DNA of 64,000 nt, taken from positions 226,920,001 to 226,984,000 of the forward strand of contig OZ024743.1 in the NCBI GenBank assembly GCA_964016885.1, written 5' to 3'. The first letter of the stretch is position 1, and each line of letters opens with the position of its first letter. A program made the position numbers and the translations under genes. The notes under the pieces were generated by a model, which did not search any database, had not been told where the DNA came from, and saw only the letters and a program-made list of their open reading frames with translations. Shown here piece after piece: positions 52,871 through 64,000 of the stretch. This DNA is from Eledone cirrhosa (Eukaryota).

Positions 52871-53515
52871 TAAATATATATATATATATATATATATTCT
52901 AACAAATTTCTTTCGTTGCACATCTGCAACATCATCGGTGGTACTACTATCATATTCCTTCCTATTGTATTGTATTGTAATGTTTACGCCATTTTTATTT
53001 TATTTATTTATTTATTTTTGTCTCCGTCTCTGTGCATGCATTTGCGTGTGTGTATAATGTTTCGTGTGGGTGTTTGCGTTTGAGTGTATGTGATTTGGTT
53101 TTTGTATTCTATCTTTGTTTACTAGTTTGTGTTTATATGTGTTTGTTGTTATTGTACTTGTGTATATATTTCTTTCTTTCTTTCTTTCTTTCTTTATTTA
53201 TTTATTTTTATTTCCCTTAACTCAGTATTGCTTGTTTGGGTATGGTTGCTGTTGTTATACCATTCGTTTTTTTCTGTTTAACTTTGGTTTTCTATGCTCT
53301 ATTTCACTTGCTTCTCTGATTTGCCTGCTTGTTGGGTCATTTCTATCTTTAGATGTTATTTTAATTTCTATGTTGTCTATATTATCGTCATGACTTTGTC
53401 TGATTTGTTCGTATAGTACTGAACCGTTTTTTTTTTTTGTCCTTTTAATTCCCCCCAGTGTAGGTCTATTCTTTCTCGTATGACAGCTCGAAGCATAGGA
53501 GAAAGAATAGACCAA

Positions 53516-54235
53516 ACATTAAAAAAGGGATGAGAATAAGAAGAAAATAAGAATGAAGTTGGAGAGTTTTCTTCATCAGTTGTCTACTGGGGGTCTCGGA
53601 TATTTCAATGCTCCCCTTTCTTTTTTCTTCTTATTCTCTTTCCATTTTTAAGCCTAACTTAACTAGCAACTACACAGCCAATCCTATTATCCATATATTT
53701 TATCATGTTTCGCTGTGACCCGTCTTCTCTCTCCCTCTACCTACTTATTTCGTTACTATCTACTTCTCCCCCTCTTTCTTCTTCTCCCTTTCTCCATCTC
53801 ACTTTCACTCACCCTCTCTCTGCCAGTCACCTCATTGTTTCACTCGCCTGACCATCTAGCAGTCCTTTTCTCAATTACACTCGCTGAGGTCAGTCGTGTT
53901 TTTTCGTTCTCCCATACGCTCTCGAACTTAAGTTCTGTTACCTCTGTGGTCTTGTTTTTTTTACCTTAAGTTGCTCGCACATTCCCTGGTTTGTTGTTTT
54001 TTCTCCTTTCTTCCCTTTTTTCATTTTCCCTTCTATTTTCCTTCCCTCCCCCTCCGTTTTCCCAATAATTTATCCAGTTATTAAACGCTCTGGGGTAGGT
54101 ATATTGTCTTTAAAGCGTCGAAATATCCGAGACCCCAAGTAAACAACTGATGAGGAAACCCCCCGCCCCCCGTTCTTGCTTTCTTCTTATTCTCATTCCA
54201 TTTTAAAGCCTAACTTAACTAGCAACTACACCGCC
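53516..54235. mobile_element. Degenerate inverted plus direct repeat set, likely Penelope pLTR debris
   Basis: 53516-53613 is roughly the reverse complement of 54114-54205; 53625-53675 repeats directly at 54180-54232; GCGTC-GAAA-TA-TC-CGAG resembles a hammerhead 3' half. Confidence 0.5.
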
Positions 54236-54246
54236 TATCATAGATA

Positions 54247-54670
54247 TATAAGGTTGGATAGAAATTTCTCGCCGTTTTTTAAATATTTATTGAGTTTGGC
54301 GTATTTTAATATTAGGACAATTTTACAAGTTAAAATAATAGCCATCATTTGCGATTACTATTTGTCATAGTTTAAGATGGCACAGGATTCCATCCCTGTA
54401 GATTTCCTCTGGATTCAATACAAAGTATTCCGTCAGCCACTGATTTAACCGGTCTTCAATGGCAAAGTCTTTGATTGCAATGTATTGCTCATTGAGAGAA
54501 AAAGGTGAAAATCTATACGCACGAGTTTGGGCGAAGAAGACGGGCCGAGTGTATTCGTGAAGGAATCGAGCATGACCTTTGCGTTGGCGCCCCTCTGCGA
54601 TTATCACTGCTAATCTATCATGTTGTTGGCAATAAATGTCAAAGGTTACGCTGGTGTTCGGTGGGAACAC
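54247..54670 (-). pseudogene. mariner (Tc1/mariner) transposase C-terminal fossil with one TIR
   Basis: ORF 54365-54670: YCQQHDRL, FLHEYTRP (cf. LHDNARP), WLTEYF...EEIYRDGI; TA-TAAGGTTGGATAGAAATTTCTCGCCGTTTTT resembles a mariner TIR. Confidence 0.65.
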
Positions 54671-54689
54671 CTTGCAGATGACATCGTCC

Positions 54690-55395
54690 CAGTGCCACTA
54701 GCCACACAGTAAGGCGTATAGAGACATCAGTGCTGCAAGAATCTGATCATAATCCCATACTTCTGCACAAACCTCCACGGCAAGTCCCGTGGAAAGTGGT
54801 CGTATGCCATTTGGAGGTGTACAAAGCATGAATATACTTCTTTCCCAGCGGCCTTGCCACATTTGAGCTCTTTAACTGCTTTTATAACCGCAACCTCTGA
54901 GAGATTAGCCACGGCTCCCAGATACATCTCGTGAACATCAGAATACGCTGTTGTGATCGAGTTTAGGAGATCAGCAAATTATTCTCACCATCTCAGGAGG
55001 ATGTATCTCTCTGAAGAGAGGAGAACCCCAGACACATTCCTGATAACATGTTTGGATGAGGACATCTTATTACGACATCGGTGGATGGAGGATTTGCCTC
55101 TTGAAGTTTAGGCTGAAAGATACGTCTCTCTGGGTGGTCCAAGTTTATGCACCAAACAAGGAGCCCGAATATGGAGTCTTGCTTGATGAAGTCACTGCAT
55201 CATTAGATGGAGTTTAGAATGAGTCATATATTCTGATGAGAGACTTCAATACACATGTTGTCACTGACCAACTGGCATGGAGTGGAAATACCGATCTAAA
55301 TACGAATGGAGTGGTCTTATTAGGCTTATTAACAGTGGACTCTCTACTATGAACATTCTTCCAGCACAGAGAAATCCATAAATATAAATATGACA
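54690..55395. pseudogene. Old RTE-type LINE fossil with inverted 5' part
   Basis: Minus 54727-55080: AVKELKCGKAAG, CFVHLQMAYD (RT); plus 55088-55390: VVQVYAPN, ILMRDFNTHV, FFQHREIHKY (APE). Confidence 0.65.
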
Positions 55396-56117
55396 AATCT
55401 TATAGGGGAGATAGCTTAATCACAGCTTTCACATATCTCCAGGCATCCGTATTCGTCTATGCTGTACTAAAATGTATATTTACTCCTAGAATTAACGATT
55501 AACTGATTAATTTTATTTGATGATTCTATTGATTAATGAATTGTTTAAGTTTGTTTGATAACTTCTAGTCGAGTGCTTTATTCGGTTTGAATAAGGGGAT
55601 TCATTCCTTTATCTCAAATTAGAATACACCGCCTAAGTGGGGGTTACCTCCCTTCGGACAAAACCATGTCTGTGGCGACCTTTAAAGTCACAGCATACAC
55701 GCTTTGGCTAAGAACGAAAGACTTGCTGAAGAAGTAAATCCTATGTTCTGTCGTCAAAAACCATTATATTGCAGACTCCTGCAATAGGAATTTGTCGATC
55801 ATAGATTTGCAGAAACTTAGCGCTGTCGCTGCGTGCGATTTTGCGATCAATATTGTGGAAAGACCATGTGGATTGTATATTTTACACCCAGCCTCAGCGT
55901 TATGTCCAGGTCAGTAAAAAATCTGTATCTGGGTCCTGTATTTTCGTTGCTCTAGTGGTGTGGTCGGACTGCCGACTGCTATATCTAATTTGGTAAGCTG
56001 TCTGAACATAATGTTATATTCTGGGTTGTTACCTCATATGAGTGCTAAAGCTACAAACCGAATAAGCATACACGCTAGCTTGGCCGTATACTAGAGCTTC
56101 GTCTATGCTGTACTAAA

Positions 56118-56172
<55 letters not shown>

Positions 56173-58227
56173 AAATGAAAAGTATAGAAATTATTATAAG
56201 CTAGAAGCACACAGTATTTCATAATATATATATATATGTGTGTGTGTATATATATATATATACATATATATATGTGTGTGTGTGTGTGTGTATGTATATG
56301 GTGTTTCCCTAGTATGCTCTCAGTGTTGTAGGCTGTAACAGGTAAAAGATTATATCAGTATATTTATCTCCTTAACTGTCTACTGATACATAACTATATG
56401 TAGAAAGAGAGAGAGAGAAAGAGATAAAGAGAGGTAGGGAGAGGGAGAGCGTAATATAGACCAGCAGACAGGGAGACAGACAGATAGATAGCTAAATGGA
56501 GATAAGGAGTTTATGTTTATATTTTAAACTATTATGGTCTGCATCTGTGTTAGAGCATATATACTTTTTTTAATTTTAACTACTTTTATTTATTTATTAC
56601 AGAGTAATGTTACACAACATTCCCTTCACACACATACACACACAAACAGCAATAAATACTTCACAGTTTATATTAAGATCTGAAGTTGGCGAGAGGTTTG
56701 AAGACATTCTTATACAATATATATGGTGAACGATGCGTTATTGGAATAACTATGCATATATTACGTGATATCAGTTCTTATTACTTGTATAAATACAGGC
56801 TCTTACCAGGTATGCACATAGCTGAAAACTGAGAACCGTTCTCTTTCATCTATCACTCCGCCATACTTCCGTTCAAATGCACACGCCACCTCCGTAACCC
56901 CCTCTTTCTTCTCTTTGATGCTGTAACCAGGTCGATCTTTGTTGTATCCGTTATTCTTTCCTTCAAAAGGAATACAATCTGCTAGATTATGAAAGCTATA
57001 ATGACCGCATAACCATCAGCCTTGCCATGTTGACATAATGGATTAATGAATAGCGAATTTATCTCGTGTTCATTTATATATGCATGAAAAGGGTAATCAT
57101 TTTTAGTATTCTTACAGGAAAATTGCGTAACACATAGTAGAGAATACGGTTCAACTCATCCTTTACAAACACAACTTCTTTCTAGATATGTACAATTCTA
57201 AAATATATTGGTGGGTTATAAGGCTTGTTAAGACATCGCAGGTTCATAATTAACGTAGTTTTGATCTAATTAGGAATCAACACAGTGTCATAACACTCAA
57301 TCTTCGCTGAACTATTTTTTCAGTTAGCTTTGGTAGATCATAATAAAGTTCTGTATTAGGGACATAGCTGTTCATTCGTAATATAGGGGGAGTATATTCT
57401 GTTTAACTGGCGCTTAGACCTCTGTGTGAGCATCCATGTCTCACAATCCATATTACAAAATAATTCATCTGTTGGTAAAAAGTGTCTCAATGTTATGTAT
57501 TCCCTATGAAGTGAATTCCAGAAATTTGATAATACATGATTTGCAATTACGGTTTTAGACGTCTACAGAAATTAACTTAAATCTAGTTCTATGACAGCCA
57601 ACATATGGGTGCATTATTAACTTTATTTTGATACTTCAAAAAGTCATAGGAGTGGAGAATTTATCAGAAATAATGACAATGAATGTGAAGTGAAACATCT
57701 GGTGTAAGAAGATAACGTTGGTTTGATCGGAAGATCGACTTAGATGAGATTATATAAGTTTCATTCATCTCTATAGAGGATTCATTTACGCATTCTCACT
57801 ACCCGCTAGGGATAATATCCCAAACACACTCAAACCACACTCTGCATTCGTATGAAATAGGAATTTGATAATATTGTCTAGTGCAGACAATTGAAAAAGA
57901 AAAGAAACGTCTTGGTTAGTGGCTGACATCTTATTTTATGATATATTTGTTTGCTTCACCATAGCACACCTGTGGCTAAACAACAACAAAAGTAACATAC
58001 TATCACCCAGACAGAATGTTTATTAATCAATCAATATTCAGAATAAATCATCTGATGGTGTAAAACTGACAATTAATGTAGAAAGATAATTACGAAAACT
58101 GACACCTTAACCCATAGGAATTAATTAAGTCTATATACTACATTACAACAACAGTAACAACAGTAACAACAGCAACACCATTGATGATGATGGTGATGAT
58201 CATGATGATGATAATCATAATAATAAT

Positions 58228-58440
58228 GATTTCTTATAGAGGCACAAGACCAGTAATTTGGGGTAAGGGGAAGTCGAATAAACCGACCCAAGTACATTAC
58301 TGGTACTTTATTTTCTCGACACCATAAGGATGAAAGACAAAGTTAACATCGGCGGGATTTGGCTCAGACTGAAAAGAGACGTAACTTTGCTAGAAAGCAT
58401 GGCGTCCGACCCTCCAATGATACTGCCACTCCATCGCTCT
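58228..58440 (-). mobile_element. tRNA-derived SINE flanked by (AAT)n
   Basis: Same body; tail CTTGTGCCTCTATAAGAAATCATTATT. Confidence 0.82.
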
Positions 58441-58476
58441 AATAATAATAACAACAACAATAATAACAATAATAAT

Positions 58477-61400
58477 TCTTTCTTTATTAACCACAAGGGT
58501 TTACATAAAGTAGACATTAAGGACAGTACAGGACAATACAGGACAGTACAAATGGGCATTTCTGCGTGTAAAAACCAAAAACAGAGGATGTAATAAAAAT
58601 AACAATGAAAAATTCCCCAACAGGGGGGAGACTTCGGAGAGATATTTGTGGAGAAATCCCATTAAAAGGCCACAGTGACCCTGACCACCAAGGCAAGTGC
58701 CCTCTCCCAGTTTTCCACCTTTAATTTACAGATACATACTCAGAGTAGGCCCAATCACTCTGACCATTCTTGCTTCTCTCACCCATCTTTCGACAAAATG
58801 CTGGGAAGAGAGCACTTCCCTCTTTACTCTGATTATCCTTTTCAAATGAAATTTGAAAAAGTCAATCAGGGCATCACCGAAGAGGTAAGTGCTCGTCTTC
58901 AGCCCTTTCAAACGTGTCCACCATGCTATCTCTTTCGCCATGGCCACCAGACAGATAAAAACTGCCTGCCCTTCCCGGCTAAAGGAAGAGGGCGGGGCAA
59001 TCCTCACGATGGACTCAGATGATAGCCGGATCCGTCCTACACGCGACAGCAGGTGTTCGACATAAAACCACAAGTCAGCAATTTTCGGACACTGGACGAG
59101 TGCGTGCAGGACGGTTTCGTCGCCCTGCGCGCATCTCGGACATGCCCGGCTGACGGCCCCTCCATGCTTGTAGAGTTTATCCCTAACTGGCAAGGCTCCT
59201 CGGTAGCACTGCCAGGCCAGAGATTTCTGGAAGTTGTCCATAGGCCCCGGCCCGAAAGTTCTTCCGAAGAGATTGGCTAGTTGATTTTCGTCGACGCCTA
59301 GAGTTTCCCCAAGTACGTCGTCGCTCTTCCCCTCCACTAATCCTCTATAGAACGCCGAGGTGGAGTTTCCACCGATCACATTGCCCGATTGGTCGAGGGC
59401 TGTGAGCGCCTGAAGACATTCCAGTCTCCAAGCGCTCCCTCTCGGTCTTCGCTTAACCCAGGACTGCAGCTCCGTCAAGGAAACGAGCTGGGGAAATACG
59501 TGTCTAGCAAATGGTGACCAAACCCCATCACCGTCGAGGAAGAGGTGGAGATGTCGTAGCCTGAGCGCGTGTCTGCGCATCATAAGCCACGGTATGCCCA
59601 GCCCTCCATGTAGCGGGTGTTGACAACAGATGGACCGCCTGACCATCGGAACGCATCCCTTCCACAAAAAGCGAAAAGTCAAACGCTCCAGCGCAGTCAG
59701 GCGGGGCCTAGGTCAAGGTACGACGGTCAGGCGGTAGCAGACGACAGACGCGATGTACGCGTTAGCCACCTCCGCTCGACCTTTCAGGGATAGCTTCCTC
59801 TCCGCCCATTTCTGGGTGAGAGAAGCCACCCTGCTCGTCACCTCGTCCCAGTTTTTGTACGTCTGGAGGTCCGGACCGAACCAGACCCCTAGCAATTTAA
59901 CTGGTCCGTCCATCCAGCTTCCGACGACGCTGTTGGACGGCATGGACCTGCCTCTCCAGGTGCCGAGCTGCAGGCCCACTGACTTTTACTGGTTGATCAT
60001 TGCTCCTGTCACCGCTTCGTTTTCTCTTAGTGTAGTGCCGATCGCCTTGATGTGTTTGGCGTTCGACACCACTACGGTGACATCGTCCGCATATGCTGAC
60101 ACGGATCTTCCGCATCCTAGTTCGCGCGGGACGCCCCTCAACGTCTCCAGTTTGTGCAGTAATGGCTCGAGAGTCAATACGTACAAGGGGGACGAGAGGG
60201 GTAATCCTTGGCGGACCGAGCGCATGATGTTGAACGGTTCCTAAAGGTGACCATTCACTCTCACCACAGAGCATATGTCCTTTGCATGGCAGCGATCCAG
60301 CATTTGAAGACGGGCCCAAAGCAAGCCGCCCTCAGGACTGCCGCTAGGTAACGATGGTCGACCCTATCGAAAGCTTTCGACTCATCTAAATTGATCAAGG
60401 ACCCACCCGTGCCAGGTTTTCTAGCTACCCTCACTACGATGTATCGCATGAGGTGGAGGTTGACGTGGATGGATCTGTCGGGAATGGCGCATGTCTGCGC
60501 CACTCCCACCAGACCACCAACGACAAGCACCAACCTTTTTGCTAGCACCTTGGCCAAAATCTTGAACTCTGTGTTTAGCAGAGTTATGGGCCTAAAATTA
60601 TCTATGTTATCCCCCTTGTTCGGATCCTTTCTCAGCAGCGCCACAGCTCCTTGGCTCACAGAGCTGGGAATTCTCCCGTTCTGTTGCCAGTTGCAATAGA
60701 CGCCCGCCAAGAGGCCTCCGATCAAGTCTGGCATCTGTACGTAAAGTTCATTAGGCAGACCATCCAAACCAGGCGATTTACCCCTTGTGCAGCCAGTCAT
60801 TGCCTCCCGTACTTCAGCTGCTGTCATCGGCTTTTCACAACACTCCGCCTCAGTGGCCGAGAGCGTGGCAGTCCGTCGAGGTAGACACTAAAGTCTATCC
60901 CTCGATCCGGCACGGCGCTGCCCCCGAACAGCTGTGCGAAGTCTCACTAAAAAGCTTCACACATTTGCCCGGGATCGAGTAGCATGCGCCCGTCGTGGTC
61001 CACCAAAGACCGGATCGTGGCTTTGCTGCCACGACGCGCCTCCGCCACTCGGGCCCATTGAACGGCTTTCGTCCCCTCGTGTCTGAGAGCTAGCTCTGAC
61101 AACGCAGCCTTCGTGCTTTGCATTGAAGAATTGGTCAAGGGCCAATTTCGCCGCAAGCACGTCGGTCGCGATGCCTTTGCTAAGCGCCTCGTGTAATTTT
61201 CTAACTAATTCTCCCTCTGCTCTATTTTTCTCTATTGCTAAAGCCTTACTAAACCTAATGGACTCTATTCTAATTGCTCTTTTCAGAGCAAACCACCACT
61301 TGTTGTTGACGATGGCCCCCGTCAACGCCCGCTTAACTAGTTCGCTAATCCGGTCTATGTAGGCCTTGCGCGCTGGTAAGGACGCGTTTAGCTTCCAGTA

Positions 61401-63660
61401 GCCGGCTCCTCGTCTATGAAGCCTATCTAAGTCAAGCACACAGATCACGAATTTGTGGTCCGTGTAGCTGACTATCTTGAATTGTGGACAGCCTATGCTA
61501 GACCTATCTATTTCCCTACAAAATACTCTATCTAGATATGATCTGGATGACCCTATGCGATTTGTCTAAGTCCACATTGGCACATTCGGGAAATCGAATC
61601 GGTACCTGTCAGACAGTTCAAAACGCCTGAGCAGGTTGGTGAGACTCTTGCACCCTCCTCCCCTATCCGCTAATCCTACACAGTCCCAGCGTGCATCTAA
61701 GATCTCGTTCCAGTCGCCAACTAAAGAGCGGGACGTTTCAACAAACGTCTCCAGACGCCGGAAGAAATCAGGCCGCCCTGCTCCTGTCGGGGCATAGACG
61801 GCCACTAGCCTGAAAGCATGCCCGTCTCCGCTGCTCACGTCCAGCACCACCATCTCACCTTCTGGGTCCAGGAAGATCCAAACCTCTCCGAAAAAGCAAT
61901 TCTTCCCCCGATCCCGGACGGCTGGGAGTCGTAATCATCTTAGCCGCCGAATATCGGTGCGAAGGCCCGTACTTCGGAGATTCTGGTCTCGCTGATGGCC
62001 TCTACATCTATGTTTAGTGACCTGAGGTCGTTGAGCAGGTGGCCCTTTCTTCAATGACGACCCCAAGCCACGCGCATTTATGCTGACTATTCTGAGTGAG
62101 GTCATGTTGAAATGGAGTGGAAAAGATGTGAAAGATGACTTACCTTACTTCTCGTAGAGGAAGGACGGTTTCTCCATCCTTTTCACTGCTTGTGGCCTCC
62201 TCAGGAAGGATGTCCTTATAAATCCTCCTGGAGAGTTCTTGTCGGAAGTCTCCGATGTCTTTGGACAATTTTGTTTTAGTGTCATGTACGTTTTCTGTGT
62301 GATGCGAGTGATTTGTATGTGTGGAGGTGGTGAGAACTTTTGGGTTGTTGTGTAGTATTTTTCTGTGATGCTGGTGTTGTGTTGGATGTAGTGTAATAAT
62401 TGGTTGTTGTTCAAATTTAATGCTGTGTAGTGTGTATCGTTTTGGTTGTTTTGTTTTGTTTGCGTTTGTTGTGGGTTTGTTTCTGTTTCCCTTTTTGGTG
62501 ACTTTTGTGGTGTTGGTGATGGTGGTGTTGGGGTTAATGATGGTGATGGTGTTGGTGTTTGTGGTGATGGGGTTGGTGATGCTGGTGTGGATGGTGGCAT
62601 ATCTGTCCTAACTTTTTTGTTTGATAGCTTATTTGTTTCCCTCTGTATTTTGTTTTTGGAGGGGGAGGGAAGAGAATTTTTTTCTTTTTTGGTTTCTTTT
62701 TTTCTTTTTTCCTGATACCGTTTCCCACTCCTCGTCGTCACAATCTGTCTCCAGTTGTGATAGGCCGGGGAAGGAAAATCATCCACAGGCGTTGGTTTTG
62801 ATTGTGGCGTGGTGGATGATGTAGGGGTTGGTGCCAGTTCTGGCGCGTTGGGTGGTGGTGGTTGTTGTATTTGCTACTGTTGCTGGGGTTGTTGCTGTTA
62901 CAGTTGCTTCTGTTGTTGCTGCTATAGTTGTTGCTGCAAACTATGCTGCTGGTGGTGTTGATGTGTTGATGGTTGAGTTACTGGCGTGGGTAGGAGAGGT
63001 GGCCTCATCATTTTTAGCCTGAGGGCAGAAAGTGCCCTCGACAATTACAGTGAGGTGGCTGCCGGATCTCCTCAATGCTCTTTTGGTCCGCTTGGATCAG
63101 GAGCTCCATCCCAGATCCGGAGCAGTTCTCCTGCTTTTCTTTCGCTATTTTGATTATCTTGGTGTTGGCTTCGATGCCGGCGAGGACGGCAGCTATTAGC
63201 GAGGGAATTTCGATGGCCGGTTGAACGTGGGTGACCCTGAGCTTCACGAGTCTCTGGCCACAATAGCTTGGGACGTGTGTGAAGTCGTCACTTCTTAATG
63301 GGGCGATGGAGTGTTCTCTAGCCTCCTGTGGTGTTTCAAAGAACACCTCCACGGTTCCATATATCTGCCCACGTCTGATGTGGGGTTTTTTTGCCCACAC
63401 ATGTTCCAAAGCTTTTTGGATTTGGGAATCGGATGTCCGTTCCACTCGGCGCGATTTTATATTAATTGTTCGATAAGACACGGTGCATAGGCGCCGATGC
63501 TCCATTTTATTAGGTGTGTATGTGTGTGAGGGGGGGGGGGGGGGGGGTGACACTGACCCTGTACCCATCTTTCTTTACCATTCTTTTGGCTTCTACTAAT
63601 TCCTCCTGAGTTACCTGAAATGCTTCGCACTGTTTTGCTACTCTGGCTTTAACACCTGCA
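58477..63660 (-). pseudogene. Older Tx1-type copy: frameshifted ORF2 plus a divergent, 5'-truncated ORF1
   Basis: ORF2 pieces 58726-59682, 59713-59979, 59986-60225, 60261-60827, 60957-61448 and 61566-61853 closely match 19511-22930; ORF1 pieces 62145-62786 and 63014-63568 are only moderately similar; (AAT)n at the 3' end. Confidence 0.9.
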
Positions 63661-64000
63661 GTCATTGGTAATGGCGGGAAACAAACCGAAACATAGATGC
63701 AAATAAACCTGATATAATACTGAAGGACTTTAAAAAGAGGGTATACCTGCTAATTGATATGTCCGTTCCAATAGACAAGAATGTATCTATAAAAACATTT
63801 GAAAAATTGAGCAAGTATAAGGACCTGGCGATAGAAATTGGAAAAATGTGGAAATTGAGAACTAAAACAATACCAGTGGTTGTAGGCGCTCTAGGAATGA
63901 TACCTAAGGGTCTAATGATTACTTATCCCAAATCTCAGGAAACCCGGTATAGGAGAAATACAAAAGATAGTACTAATGGGAACTGCCCATATACTAAGGA
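63661..64000 (+). mobile_element. RLE endonuclease fragment of another R4/Dong-type family, running off the window
   Basis: Manual translation from ~63693: IDANKPDIILKDFKKRVYLLIDMSVPIDKNVSIKTFEKLSKYKDLAIEIGKMWKLRTKTIPVVVGALGMIPKG, then IQKIVLMGTAHILR after a frameshift. Confidence 0.85.

Overview
AT-rich, microsatellite-dense eukaryotic DNA. The SINE family and repeat style suggest an octopod cephalopod (inference). No host gene exon, rRNA, tRNA or CRISPR array is supportable; almost every interpretable signal is a transposable element. The centre (16.6-34.7 kb) is an 18-kb chain of non-LTR retrotransposons strung on (AAT)n. It holds L1/Tx1-type elements with an APE endonuclease, always on the minus strand, one of them full-length with intact ORF1 and ORF2. 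It also holds R4/Dong-type elements with a restriction-like endonuclease, always on the plus strand, and tRNA-derived SINEs whose 3' tail matches the Tx1 3' end. The same SINE/Tx1/Dong order recurs at 58-64 kb, where the Tx1 copy has a near-identical ORF2 but a strongly different ORF1. Both ORF1 variants keep a splice-donor consensus over the stop codon that could fuse ORF1 to ORF2 in frame. Several (TA)n tracts hold non-coding fold-back Penelope-type elements with hammerhead-ribozyme motifs (one intact) near the inversion centre. Also present: RTE LINEs with three C-terminal C2H2 fingers and a microsatellite-mosaic 3'UTR, two non-autonomous Helitrons (one spanning a 3.2-kb minisatellite), and mariner and RTE fossils. 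Most short ORFs in the track are low-complexity or antisense artefacts.
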